From Octopus sinensis (taxonomy: Eukaryota), in NCBI RefSeq assembly GCF_006345805.1, contig NC_043011.1, forward strand, positions 54,510,464 to 54,574,463: DNA of 64,000 bases, in the 5' to 3' direction. The notes beneath the pieces are model-generated. The model ran no database searches. It was not told the DNA's origin and saw only the letters and a list, made by a program, of their open reading frames with translations. This document shows, one piece after another, positions 26,351 to 37,809 of this stretch (positions within the stretch are counted from its first letter, which is position 1; every line of letters begins with the position of its first letter). The position numbers and the translations under genes are program-made.

Positions 26351-26615
26351 ATGTAAGTAATTCATTTATTATGAAATATAATAATACGCCCACAGGCATA
26401 TGGTGTAGCGGCTAAGAGCACGAACTACTAACCCCAAGATTCTGAGTTCGATGTTGTTGTTATTATTATTATTATCATTATTATTACTATCATTATTCAG
26501 GTCACTGCCTGGAATCCAACCCGGAATCTTGGGGTTAGTAGTCCGTGCTCTTAACCACTACACCATATGCCTGTGGGCATATTATTATATTTCATAATAA
26601 ATGAATTACTTACAT
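26351..26615. mobile_element. Convergent inverted pair of tRNA-like heads (family C)
   Basis: 102-bp arms at 26351-26452 and 26514-26615; A-box TGGTGTAGTGG and B-box-like GTTCGAT; same family as 60540-60660. Confidence 0.8.
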
Positions 26616-27078
26616 GCAAAACATCCTTCAAAATAATGCAGAATTAAGCACAGACACATGTGTGTGTGTGTGTGTGTGTGCGTGTGTGTGTGTGCGTGCG
26701 TGTGTGTATCTGGAAGATCCTGGAAGGAATTGTGCCAAATTTTGGCATTGAAAGCTACACCAATGCCAAAACGGGATGACACTGCATAGTGCCAAAGATC
26801 CCAGCAACGCCATCGTGCTTCAGGACCAGTTACTGCAACAGCCTGGGTTTCAGGGGCCCACAGCTTTTTAATATTCTCCCAAAGAGTCGAGAGAGTCCCA
26901 GATGAACCTACCCCACGGCAAGAGGTGCAAATGAGGGTAGCTATATCAAACTCCATTCTTCACCAAGTGCCACATATTAGAGGAGGCTCTCAGTAATAAC
27001 AGTGCAGCAAAACGGCGGTGCATCAGCATGGCCACAGCTCTGATCTGAAACTAGAGAGAATATATATATATATATATC

Positions 27079-27490
27079 TCAGGAAATTACATCTGCATTA
27101 TTATGGATACATTCACCCTCTCTGTGAATAACATCTTTCTTCATATCTCCGGAAATTACATCTGCATTATTATGGATAGATTTACCTTCTCTGAGAAGTT
27201 AACAATCATTTAAAAACCTTTTATAAAATTGTGCATCATTAGAAAACATTTTAAGTCTGCTTATAATCTAACTTTGAATTTCATAGAACTCTCTTCGATA
27301 CTTCATGAGGGTAGCCTCACTCCCTAGGATGTTTGGAAAACTCATATGTGTTTTGGCTGATGAATACGGGACATTTGTATTTGCTGCAATATTTGCAGCT
27401 TTAAATAAAACTGTTCTTCGTATGAAACAATTGTACTGAACAACTAATCCACCAGAATTCTGGTGCATCTAAATTAAGTACCATATTCAC
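27079..27490 (+). mobile_element. Penelope-like pseudo-LTR fragment, family B
   Basis: Follows (TA)n, has an internal 28-nt tandem repeat and a hammerhead motif. 27454-27490 is the exact reverse complement of 31741-31777. Confidence 0.6.
27349..27442 (+). ncRNA. Type I hammerhead ribozyme motif (family B)
   Basis: TGTTTTGG-CTGATGA-ATACGGG...TTCGTAT-GAA-ACAATTGT-A-CTGAACA: intact core, 7-bp stem II with long insertion, palindromic stem III, GUA triplet. Confidence 0.7.
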
Positions 27491-28079
27491 TCGCTACACC
27501 TTCAGAGAAAACACAGACTTCCAAAAATGGCCAGTTAAGTCAAATCTCATCCTGCTCTTTTCATATTTTTAAGCGTTTTGTTTGGATAGCTTGATCTGTT
27601 CTCCCTTCGTTTCTCTTCTCTAAACATGGCGACTACATGCATTGCATTTTTAAAGTTTATTTTCCTTCAGAGCCCCCTCGTTCCCTACCGTATTTTTTTA
27701 TTATTTATCTATTTTCACTCATTCTCTCTCTGGCTTTCATTCAGTTTTTATCTAATTAATTATTTCTCCCCCTCAAATATAGTATTCAAACTAGTTGCTT
27801 CGATTTTGTCGCCCACCCTCCCACTCCCACCCCCAATACCGGAAGTTTCTACCCAATACCGGAAACTGCCCCCCCCCCACTAGCACCTATGAAGGGTTTA
27901 TCTGAACATATAGCGCAAAAAATTGTGAAAAGTATGCAGGTTGTAGTCGAGAGTTTCCATATGAAATCTGCCAAATGCAAGCTTTCTTTTCAGGTACATG
28001 ACACGGCTGTCCCTCGTCCCAGGGTCTCTGATGCCCACACCTCCCAACCCTCAGAGTTGGCACGCTCAATGTTGGCACA

Positions 28080-29444
28080 TTGAAAGGTAGGTCTGGAGAG
28101 ATTGTAGAGCTGCTTGAACGGAGACGTGTGGATGTATGCTGTATCCAGGAAGTAAGGTGGAGAGGAGGTTCTGCTAGGCTCCTCACAGGCAAGGAACACA
28201 GGTACAAGATTTTCTGGGCAGGGAACACTGACGGAGTCGGGGGCGTGGGTATACTTCTTGCGGAGAAATGGGTAGGTAAGGTAATCGAGGTAGTCAGAGT
28301 AAGTGACAGAGTAATTAAAATTAGATTAGTTCTTCACCATAGGACAGCTACCATCATCTCGGCATATGCCCCTCAACCAGGGCTACCGGAAGGACAAAAA
28401 GACCAATTCTATGACACCCTATTGCGGACTACCTCATTGACAAATGACAGTGACCTTCTCTTCGTGGCAGGTGATTTCAATGGACATGTTGGACGACATG
28501 TCGGGGGCTTCCATGGCGTCCATGGAGGCTACGGTTTTGGCTCTCGAAATGAGGAAGGAACCAGGCTGCTGGAGTTCTGCGATGCAAATGACCTTATGGT
28601 CTGCAATACCCACTTCAGGAAACCCACCTCTCACCTAGTCACCTACCGTTCTGGCAGACACACCAGCCAGATTGACTACATCCTTGCCAGAAAAAGGGAA
28701 AGAGGGCTGATTATAAATGCCAAAACCTTCCCAGGCGAAGAATGTACTCCCCAACATAGATTAGTAGTTAGCGACTTCAGGATCAGAGCTAAATGGTTGC
28801 CCAGAAGAAGACCAGCTTGGAGGAGAAGGGTCTGGAAGCTTAAAGATCCTGCAAATGGACAGAGATTTAGAGACATACTACTCGAAGCCTCTGACGAAAT
28901 AGAAGGGGATATAGCTTCACTTAATGTGGAAGACAACTGGAGATTCCTACGGGACAATCTGCTGACAGCCACTGACCAGATCTGTGGATGGAGCAAAGTA
29001 CCATCTCGACCCAGAGTAACATGGTGGTGGAACACTGTGGTTGACAGGGCTATTAGACAAAAGAGACAGGCTTGGAAGGACTGGAAGAACGGTGGTAGCA
29101 GGGAATTGTATCAGACAGCCAAAAGGGAAGCTAGGAGACAGGTTTATTTAGCCAGAGGGGAAGCGGATAAGAAAAAATTTGCCAATGTTCTGAGCCGTGA
29201 GGATGAAAGACTTGAGGTATTTCGTGTTGCAAGACAGTGTGTGAGAGAGAATCGTGATGTGGTAGGAGAGAAGTGTGTTCGCATGGATGATGGTTCACTT
29301 GCGCTAAATGAGGATGCAAAGAGAGAGGTTTGGAGATGCCACTATGAAAGGTTGCTGAATAAAGAAAATGAATGGGATAAGAGAGTCTGCCGAATGTTGA
29401 CCCAACAGAGGGACCAGCTATCCGAGTTGATAGTTCCGTGGTAG
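28080..29444 (+). CDS. RTE ORF N-terminal part: AP endonuclease (true frame leaves at about 29380)
   Basis: (T)LNVGTL just upstream, IQEVRW, ISAYAPQ, VAGDFNGHVG, SQIDYILA and PQHRLVV endonuclease motifs. Confidence 0.9.
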   Translation: MKGRSGEIVELLERRRVDVCCIQEVRWRGGSARLLTGKEHRYKIFWAGNTDGVGGVGILLAEKWVGKVIEVVRVSDRVIKIRLVLHHRTATIISAYAPQPGLPEGQKDQFYDTLLRTTSLTNDSDLLFVAGDFNGHVGRHVGGFHGVHGGYGFGSRNEEGTRLLEFCDANDLMVCNTHFRKPTSHLVTYRSGRHTSQIDYILARKRERGLIINAKTFPGEECTPQHRLVVSDFRIRAKWLPRRRPAWRRRVWKLKDPANGQRFRDILLEASDEIEGDIASLNVEDNWRFLRDNLLTATDQICGWSKVPSRPRVTWWWNTVVDRAIRQKRQAWKDWKNGGSRELYQTAKREARRQVYLARGEADKKKFANVLSREDERLEVFRVARQCVRENRDVVGEKCVRMDDGSLALNEDAKREVWRCHYERLLNKENEWDKRVCRMLTQQRDQLSELIVPW

Positions 29445-31078
29445 CTAAGGCAATTAGAAGCATGAAGACAGGGAAAGCCCCAGGCCCATCAGGAATTACT
29501 GCAGAGATGCTCAAAATATCTGGCAGTGTCGGCTATAACCTAGTCACCCGTATAGTCAACCAGGTGATACACGAAGGAGTCATACCCAATGACTGGTGTA
29601 GCAGCATACTAGTCAACTGCTACAAAGGTAAAGGTGATGCCCTGGATACAAATAATTACAGAGGTATCAAGCTGTTGGATCAGGTAATGAAGGTTACGGA
29701 GAGGGTCATAGCCCAACTAATTAGAGAGAGAGTTAGTTTAGATGAGATGCAGTTTGGGTTTGTCCCAGGGAAAAGCACCACTGATGCTATATTCCTGGTA
29801 AGGCAGCTGCAGGAGAAATACCTAGCCAAAGATAAGCCCCTGTACCTGGCTTTCGTTGACATGGAGAAAGCCTTTGATAGGGTCCCCCGTTCCCTCATCT
29901 GGTGGTCAATGAGGAAACTAGGGATAGATGAATGGCTGGTGAGGGCTGTGCAAGCCATGTACAGAGATGCCGTAAGTAAGGTTAGAGTTGGCAGCATGTA
30001 CACAGAAGAATTCAAGGTAGAGGTTGGGGTCCACCAGGGTTCAGTACTCAGCCCCCTCCTATTTATCATAGTCCTCCAGGCAATTGTGGAGGAATTCAAG
30101 ACAGGTTGCCCCTGGGAGCTCCTCTATGCTGACGACCTCGCTCTAATCGCTGAGTCACTATCAGAACTGGAGGAGAAGTTCCAGGTGTGGAAGGAGGGTT
30201 TAGAATCGAGGGGCCTTAGAGTCAACCTAGCTAAAACCAAAGTACTAATAAGTAGAAAGTTAGAAAATCCACAAATATCCTCAGGAAGATGGCCCTGCTC
30301 GATCTGTAGAAAAGTTGTAGGTAGAAACTCTATAAGATGTACCCAGTGTAAGCTATGGACACATAAGAGGTGCAGCAATGTCAAAGGTAGGCTAACTGGG
30401 AAGATAGTTTTTGTATGTGGCAGATGCTCTGGAGCATTGACCTCCGAAAATCTGCAGAAAACAACTTCCGTCACTTTCCGGGGGGAAAAACTAGAAGTAG
30501 TTGATAGCTTCCGCTATCTAGGTGACCAAGTCAGTAGTGGGGGCGGGTGCGCTGAAAGTGTAACTGCTAGAATAAGAATAGCCTGGGCAAAGTTTAGGGA
30601 GCTCTTACCTCTGCTGGTGACTAAAGGCCTCTCGCTCAGAGTAAAAGGCAGACTGTATGATGCATGTGTACGAACAGCTATGCTACATGGCAGTGAAACA
30701 TGGGCCGTGACTGCTGAGGACATGCGTAAGCTTGTGAGGAACGAAGCCAGTATGCTCCGATGGATGTGTAATGTCAGTGTACTTACTCGACAGAGCGTTA
30801 GTACCTTGAGAGAAATGTTGTACCTAAGAAGCATCAGTTGTTGTGTGCAAGAGAGACGATTGCGCTGGTATGGTCATGTGGCGAGAATGGATGAAGATAG
30901 GTGTGTGAGAAAGTGCCAATCCCTAGCAGTTGAGGGAACCCGTGGAAGAGGTAGACCCAGGAAAACCTGGGACGAAGTGGTGAAGCACGACCTTCGGACG
31001 TTAGGTCTCACCATGGAAATGACTAGAGACCGAGACCTATGGAAGTATGCTGTGCGTGAGAAGACCCGGCAAGACTAG
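29438..31078 (+). CDS. RTE ORF C-terminal part: reverse transcriptase with inserted PHD-like finger
   Basis: NYRGIKLL, QFGFVPGKST, FVDMEKAFDRV, GVHQGSVLSPLLF, YADD, NLAKTKV, FRYLG; C-terminal GTRGRGRPRKTW. The frame extends upstream to about 29381. Confidence 0.92.
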   Translation: MVAKAIRSMKTGKAPGPSGITAEMLKISGSVGYNLVTRIVNQVIHEGVIPNDWCSSILVNCYKGKGDALDTNNYRGIKLLDQVMKVTERVIAQLIRERVSLDEMQFGFVPGKSTTDAIFLVRQLQEKYLAKDKPLYLAFVDMEKAFDRVPRSLIWWSMRKLGIDEWLVRAVQAMYRDAVSKVRVGSMYTEEFKVEVGVHQGSVLSPLLFIIVLQAIVEEFKTGCPWELLYADDLALIAESLSELEEKFQVWKEGLESRGLRVNLAKTKVLISRKLENPQISSGRWPCSICRKVVGRNSIRCTQCKLWTHKRCSNVKGRLTGKIVFVCGRCSGALTSENLQKTTSVTFRGEKLEVVDSFRYLGDQVSSGGGCAESVTARIRIAWAKFRELLPLLVTKGLSLRVKGRLYDACVRTAMLHGSETWAVTAEDMRKLVRNEASMLRWMCNVSVLTRQSVSTLREMLYLRSISCCVQERRLRWYGHVARMDEDRCVRKCQSLAVEGTRGRGRPRKTWDEVVKHDLRTLGLTMEMTRDRDLWKYAVREKTRQD

Positions 31079-31685
31079 TGAAGCCATAATCCATGGCCCC
31101 TACCTGGGACGTAGTCAGTCCACCTGTGCATACCTTCCTTCTTGTGACACTTGTGAAGACCTGTTGAGGCAAGTGAGAATCAAATCGAACCAAATCAAAA
31201 TAGATGAACATCAATGGAATTTGTATCCTTGTGGTACCAGTGCCGGTGGGACATAAGAAAACCATCCGAACGTGATCGTAGCCAGTACCGCAACGACTGG
31301 CCTCCGTGCTGAGGGCATGTAACAAACACCATCCGAGCGTGGCCGTCCGCCAGCCCCGTCTGGCACCTGTGTCGGTGACACATAAGAAAACACCATCCGA
31401 GCGTGGCCGTCAGCCAGCCTCGTCTGGCACCTGTGTCGGTGGCACATAAAAAACACCATCCGAGCGTGGCCGTCTGCCAGCCTCGTCTGGCACCTGTGTC
31501 GGTGGCACATAAAATCACCCACTACACTCTCGGAGTGGTTGGCGTTAGGAAGGGCATCCAGCTGTAGAAACACTGCCAGATCTGACTGGCCTGGTGCAGC
31601 CTTCGGGCTTGCCAGACCCCAGTTGAACCGTCCAACCCATGCTAGCATGGAAAGCGGACGTTAAACGATGATGATGATGATGATG

Positions 31686-31724
<39 letters not shown>

Positions 31725-31740
31725 AAAATTTAGATTCAAA

Positions 31741-31952
31741 TGAATATGGTACTTAATTTAGATGCACCAGAATTCTGTATGGTGTTTTAATTTAGATGCA
31801 CCAGAATTCTGTATGGTGTTATCCATAAAAATCCGTGAGGTGATTATAATCAAAATAAGCAACAAGAATGACTCCGGTAATTTGGTACGATAATTTTGGT
31901 ACGATATCATACCAAATTACCGGAGTCATTCTTGTTGCTTATTTTGATTATA
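31741..31952. mobile_element. Family B Penelope-like fragment with 34-nt tandem repeat and 48-bp fold-back
   Basis: Arms 31845-31892 and 31905-31952 (1 mismatch, 12-nt loop); bounded by (TA)n. Confidence 0.7.
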
Positions 31953-32655
31953 TATATATATATATCATCATTGTTCTAATGTTCACTTTTCCATGCTTGC
32001 AAAGTTCCGACGGAGTTTACTGAGGCGGATTTTCTATGGAAGGAATGCTCTTCCTGTCACCAATCCTTACTCTGTTTTTAAACAAGGTTATATTTCCCTT
32101 AAGGCCAGACATGTTTTTGGAAGAGTATGAGAAATGAATGGATACTATTTGTATGATAATGACAATCGTTTGACAACTTTCACATGACATCATGTCAAGA
32201 CAACACACACACACACACACACATATGCACCCGACTGTATGTGTGTGTGTGTGTATGCATGTATTTGCATGTATGCATATATACATGTATAAATGTATGC
32301 ATGTGTGCATGAATGTGTGTGTGGGTATGCATGCATCTATGTATGTGTATGCGGATGTCTGTATATGTGTTAAGTATATTCCATTAAATTAGAGTTGTTA
32401 CAGCCACCATCATCATCATCGTCGTCATCATCATCATCATCAACACAAACATTAATGTCTGCAGTGTACCACACCAACCACCATCGCCATACTACCACAC
32501 AAACACACACGTACGTACACACACACGAACACACACACACACACGATGTGATGACAGTTCACGAGAAACAGGGGTGGGGGCGAGTTGTGAAAATGCAACA
32601 ACAGAACAATCTGCAGAAAGGGAGTGAATGTGTAAGGGTAGTAGTGGTGGTGGTG

Positions 32656-32690
<35 letters not shown>

Positions 32691-33149
32691 TTGACTTAGT
32701 TTTTTTTTCGTGGAATTTGTTATAATATTTGATTTCAGTTATTTTCATGAAGGCAGCGGAAGTGTCGGAGTGGAGGGAGGAGGAAAGACAGGGGAAAGTT
32801 GAGGGGTTGAGAAGGAGACAAAGAGAGGGAGAGCAAGAGAGAAAGTGGAAGTTGATATACGACGAGAGAAGGGGAGGAGTGAGAGAGAGAAAAAGCAAAA
32901 AAAAAAAGACAAGAGAGCCGATGCGATACACACATATATAAATAGAGGAGAGGACTGAAAAGAGGGATTTTACTGGTTCTGGAGATTTCTGAGTCTATTT
33001 ATAGGATAAATTTAAACGATTGCTCTCCCTCTCTCTCCCTCTCTCACTCTCCCTCTGTCTCTCTTTCTGTCTCTCCCCCCGTCTTCCCCCACACCTCTCT
33101 TTTGAAGCAATGAAACTTTTAACAGATGTTATTTGAGGATCGTAAGAAT

Positions 33150-33770
33150 ACAGCCACCACCACCACCACCACCACTGACGCAACCATCACCACCACCACC
33201 ACTGACGCAACCATCACCACCACCACCACTGACGCAACCATCACCACCACCACCACTGACGCAACCATCACCACCACCACCACTGACGCAACCATCACCA
33301 CCACCACCACTGACGCAACCATCACCACCACCACCACTGCCATTGCCATCACCACAAAAGCCACCATCGTCACCACCACTACTACTGCCACTGCCATTAC
33401 CACCACCACCACTGTCACCGCCACCACTAAAACTACCACCGTCACCACCACTGTTACTGCCATCACCACCACAACCACAACCATCACCACTACTGTCACA
33501 GCCATCACCACCATTACTACAACCACCATTACTACAACCACCACAGCCACTGCCATTACCGCCACCACTACCATCACCATCACCACCACCATCACCACCA
33601 CCACCATCACTACCACCACTACAACCACCACCATCACCACCAATGTCACTGCCATCACCACCACAACCACCACCATCACCACCACCATTGCTATCATGTA
33701 TGTGTTTGAGTGTGGGTGTTCGTATTTACAAACATACGACATCACCACCACCATCATCATCATCATCAGC
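33150..33770. repeat. (ACC)n-derived compound triplet repeat including 6 copies of a 27-bp unit
   Basis: GACGCAACCATCACCACCACCACCACT repeated; gives Thr-, Pro- and Val-rich ORFs in several frames. Confidence 0.9.
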
Positions 33771-35695
33771 GTTGTCATTGTTACTGTTTTAACGTCTGCA
33801 TTTCCATGCCTGCATGGATCGGGAGGAGCTTATCGAGAAAGACTCTGGATGCCTTTCTTGTCGCCATCCCTCACACTTTTCCAAGCAAAGTAATTATTCC
33901 CTTGTGGTCAGACATTCATTCACAACAATCACATGAGGTCAAGACAAGAACATACAAAACATACATACACACACACACAAACATATACACACAAACGTAC
34001 ACACACATACACACAAACATGCACACACACACATACACACACACGAGTGGTTGCGTGGTAAGAAGTTTGTTTCCCAACTGCAAGGTTCTGTCATCTCAGA
34101 TCGACCAAAGCCTTGCGAGTGGATAAGGTAAATGGAAACTGAAAGAAGCCTGTCTTATATTATGTACATAGGCATAGGAGTGGCTATGTGGTAAGTAGCT
34201 TGCTTACCAACCACATGGTTCCGGGTTCGGTCCTACAACATGACACCTTGGGCAAGTGTCTTCTACTATATATATTTAATGTACACATGGTGATTTGCTG
34301 TACTCAAGAAAACCTGTCCTTCACAGCAGAAGTGTTCAGGCCACTCACCCTGGCAAACGGGTTCTTTCAATTTCCATCTGCCAAATCCACTCACAAGGCT
34401 TTAGTTGACCTGAGGCTATAGTAGAAGACACTTGCTCAAAGTGCCATGCTGTAGGACTGAACCCAGAACCATGTGGTTGATAAGCAAGCTACTTACCACA
34501 CAGCCACTCCTACGCCTACGTGGAAATGTTATTGAAATAAAGGTGTACTTTTTGTAAGCAGCAGCATATTTCTTATTTACTCAATGCTGTGAAACCTGAC
34601 CTAAGGACAACAGCGTTTAACGATAAACCCTTGACAATTAGAGAAAATATTTTCTATCACAACAACAAGCAGAACAATAATATTATCACGTTAGCTGACC
34701 TCAAGTGTAACCATAGCAACTACACAAGTATACAAAGTCAATAGTTAATCCCACCTGGGGAGAGGAGATAATCCTGCGTATCATGTCCATTGATTTATAT
34801 ATTGCATATCCTGTATGACTATTTTCAAACAGACTTCAAACGTACACAGCCAGAAATGCATTTCTTTCTCACCTTCACACACTCTGCCGCCGTGGACCCA
34901 AGTAAAACCACGAGTCACCATCACCATCATCATCACTATCACCACCAACACCATTTAACGATCATTTTTCATGCTTCCTAATGCCAACCGCTTTACAAAA
35001 TGTATTGTGCACTTTTCTTGTGGCACTAACGAGGAACCCAAGTAACGAGCAAGACAGACCCGCAACTGAGAGAGTATGGTAATAAGGAAGGTGGCTTTAT
35101 GCCAGATGACGAGAGGTTAAAGCCTGACAGACGGACAGGAACAGGTGCCTTGTTGCATAGCAGACACATGGCTACCCCCCTCCTGATAGGAAAAGAGAGA
35201 GGAGGCAGAGGAGATCAAAAGAGGAAGAGAAGGTGATGATGAAGATGTGCCACGCCATGTCCTCAAGGAGACTTTATTTGTGGATATTGCCCTTCCTCTT
35301 TTGCTTAAATAATTAAAAATAGAAGTCAAAGGTTCTTTACCAAAATAATCAAGCTCTCAAGTAGCATTTATCTTTTACTTGTTTCAGTCATTAGAAGAAG
35401 AATTCCTACTTTTTATAAGCCTGGTACTTATTCTATCAGTCTCCTTTGTCGAACCGCTAAGTTACGGGGATGTAAACACACCAACACCAGTTGTCAAGCA
35501 GTGGTGGGGTGACAAAGACACACACACACTCATATATGCATATATATATATACACACACACATATATACGATGGGCTTCTTTCAGTTTCCATCTACCAAA
35601 TCCACTCACAAGGCTTTGGTCGGCCTGAGGCTATAAAAGAAGACACACAGTGGGACTGAACCCAGAACCATGTGGTTGGGAAGCAAGCTTCTTAT

Positions 35696-35939
35696 TTCTT
35701 TACTGCCCACAAGGGACTACACACAGAGGGGACAAACAAGGACAGACGAATGGATTAAGTCGATTATATCGACCCCAGTGCGTAACTGGTACTTATCTAA
35801 TCGACCACGAAAGGATGAAAGGCAAAGTCGACCTCAGCAGAATTTGAACTCAGAACATAGTGGCAGACGAAATACTGCTGTGCATTTCGTCTGGTGTGCT
35901 AACGTTTCTGCCAGCTTGCCGCCTTACCACAAGAAGCTC
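35696..35939 (-). mobile_element. SINE family 2 nested in SINE family 1
   Basis: 13-bp TSD GCAAGCTTCTTAT at 35683-35695 and 35940-35952; the host SINE resumes afterwards. Confidence 0.85.
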
Positions 35940-36493
35940 GCAAGCTTCTTATCACACAGCCATATTTGTGCCTATGGTTGCCTGATTTTGGAGAAGCTGG
36001 TCATACAATTATATGGTTTCACCTTCAGACTTGAGGGTATCTTGGGAAAGTGCGTTCCAATGAGTCTCCCAAAACCTTGCCACTGAAACTGAGGTTCTTC
36101 AGATGGTAGACTCATTGTTGTCCAGTTTAACACCACCACCAAGCCCTTGAGTGATTAGATCTGAATCCACCTGAGCAGTAAAATTAATATCCATCACCTG
36201 ATATAACCCCCTTCACATGGTCACAGGTGGGCAATGAGTGAGGGGGATGACTATAATGAAGAACAGATGTTCAGGAATGATAAATACATACTGGAAGATG
36301 AATAAAGGTGAAGAGATGATTGATGGTGCATATGAGCTGGGAGGAGGTACAGAAGGTGATGACTGACAGTATGGAAAGGTGTGAAGTGTAAGGATGAAAG
36401 AGATATGGCATGTGGGTGGGTATGCTGCAAGAATGTAAAGAGAGAGCAAGCATAGTGCATGGGGAAATGTGTGTGTGTGTAAGTATGTGTACA

Positions 36494-37059
36494 TACACTT
36501 GCGTCGGAAATTAATTAGCACTTCTCAAATTTCTACATTTTCTTACATATTCTTAATTTAATTAACTTATTATCAGAAACGAACTCGTTTTTAATCAAAA
36601 ATTTATTAAAACATATCCCAGCACACCACATAATTGTTATTAATCGTGAAATTTAGTCAATATCTTGTTGCACCTCCTTTGGCAGCAATGACAGCTGGTA
36701 CGCGGGTCGGCATGTTGTCTATGAGTGCCTGCAGGTACTGTGCAGGGATGGCCCCTCATGCAGCAAGAAGTGCCCCAAACAGCTCGTGTCGGTTCCTGTA
36801 TTGCTGCACATTCAAATCCCTACCCAATCGACTCCAGAGGTTCTCAATAGGGTTCAGGTCAGGTGACTGGCCAGCACGTACTCCTCGCCACCAAAGAGGT
36901 ATCCCGTACTATCTCAATGTACTTTGCTGCGTTGATGTTGCCTTCGACGGCATAGAGCCGCCCAACACCACTGTAGCTGAACGCTCCTCACACCATCAGA
37001 CCACTTCCACCATGCTTCATGGTGAGCAAATCAAGGGTGCTAATTAATTTCTGACGGTA

Positions 37060-37064
<5 letters not shown>
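36494..37064 (-). mobile_element. Internally deleted Tc1-like transposon
   Basis: 28-bp TIRs (TACACT..CGTC.GAAATTAATTAGCAC) with TA ends. Minus translation contains MKHGGSGLMV, SPDLNPIENLW and VIAAKGGATRY*. Confidence 0.9.
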
Positions 37065-37101
<37 letters not shown>

Positions 37102-37809
37102 TTTTACTCTTATTTGTTTCAGACATTTGACTGTGGCCACGCTGGAGCATCGCCCTTAGTAAAACAAATCGACCCCAGGACTTATTTTTTGTAAGCCAAG
37201 TACTTATTCTATTGGTCTCTTTTGCCGAACCGCTAAGTTACAGGGACCAACCATTCTGAGAGTGTAATGGGTGCTTTTACATACCACTGGCATGTGTGAC
37301 ACCAGTATCTGCCATGACTGTGACATTACTTGGCTTGACGGGTCGTCTTCTCAAGTATGGCATAATGCCAGAAGTCTTGATCATTCATCATTCCCTCCAT
37401 GAGGCTCAACGCTCAAAAGATGCTTTTTATGTGCCACCAGCACAGGTGCCACTTACACGACACTAGCACCAGCCATGACTACGATTTTACTTGCTTTGGT
37501 GGATCTTGTGTAAGGAAAAAGAAATGCTAAATATTCTGTGCAGCTTTTGTACTCTTTGACTTAAAATTCAAACTTCCAATCTGGCATTAACTTAATCCAG
37601 AAGGGATTGTTTCCCCTATGACAGCTGACCACTAGGGGGCACACTATGTGTATGAATCAATGGAAGAGTTTTATTCCCTCACCAAGCAATTTGTAGGTTT
37701 GGACCAAACTAAGAAACCCTCATAAAAATAAAGCATTATAAAACAGCCCAAGGGTGAGAGATTTCTGAATCCAAAATTGCTTCATTTGCTGCTGCTAATA
37801 GTTTCAAAT

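Larger units (their letters stand above)
27896..31687 (+). mobile_element. Near full-length RTE-clade LINE (5' boundary uncertain)
   Basis: One APE-RT reading frame broken by two -1 frameshifts (about 28046 and 29380); ~600-nt 3' UTR; (GAT)n tail. Confidence 0.92.

Noticed and set aside
26395-26452. Possible tRNA gene (also 60590-60650 and SINE heads)
   Set aside because: No complete acceptor stem or T-arm, and all are embedded in repeated mobile units.
28676-30834. Several minus-strand ORFs over the LINE
   Set aside because: They are antisense shadows of the RTE coding sequence.
33126-33893. 255-aa Thr-rich mucin-like ORF with ATG after a possible splice acceptor
   Set aside because: (ACC)n repeats lack stops in most frames, and Pro- and Val-rich ORFs overlap it equally. 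There is no non-repetitive domain or signal peptide, so RNA evidence would be needed.
36634-37047. 137-aa plus-strand ORF
   Set aside because: It is the antisense of the Tc1 transposase remnant.
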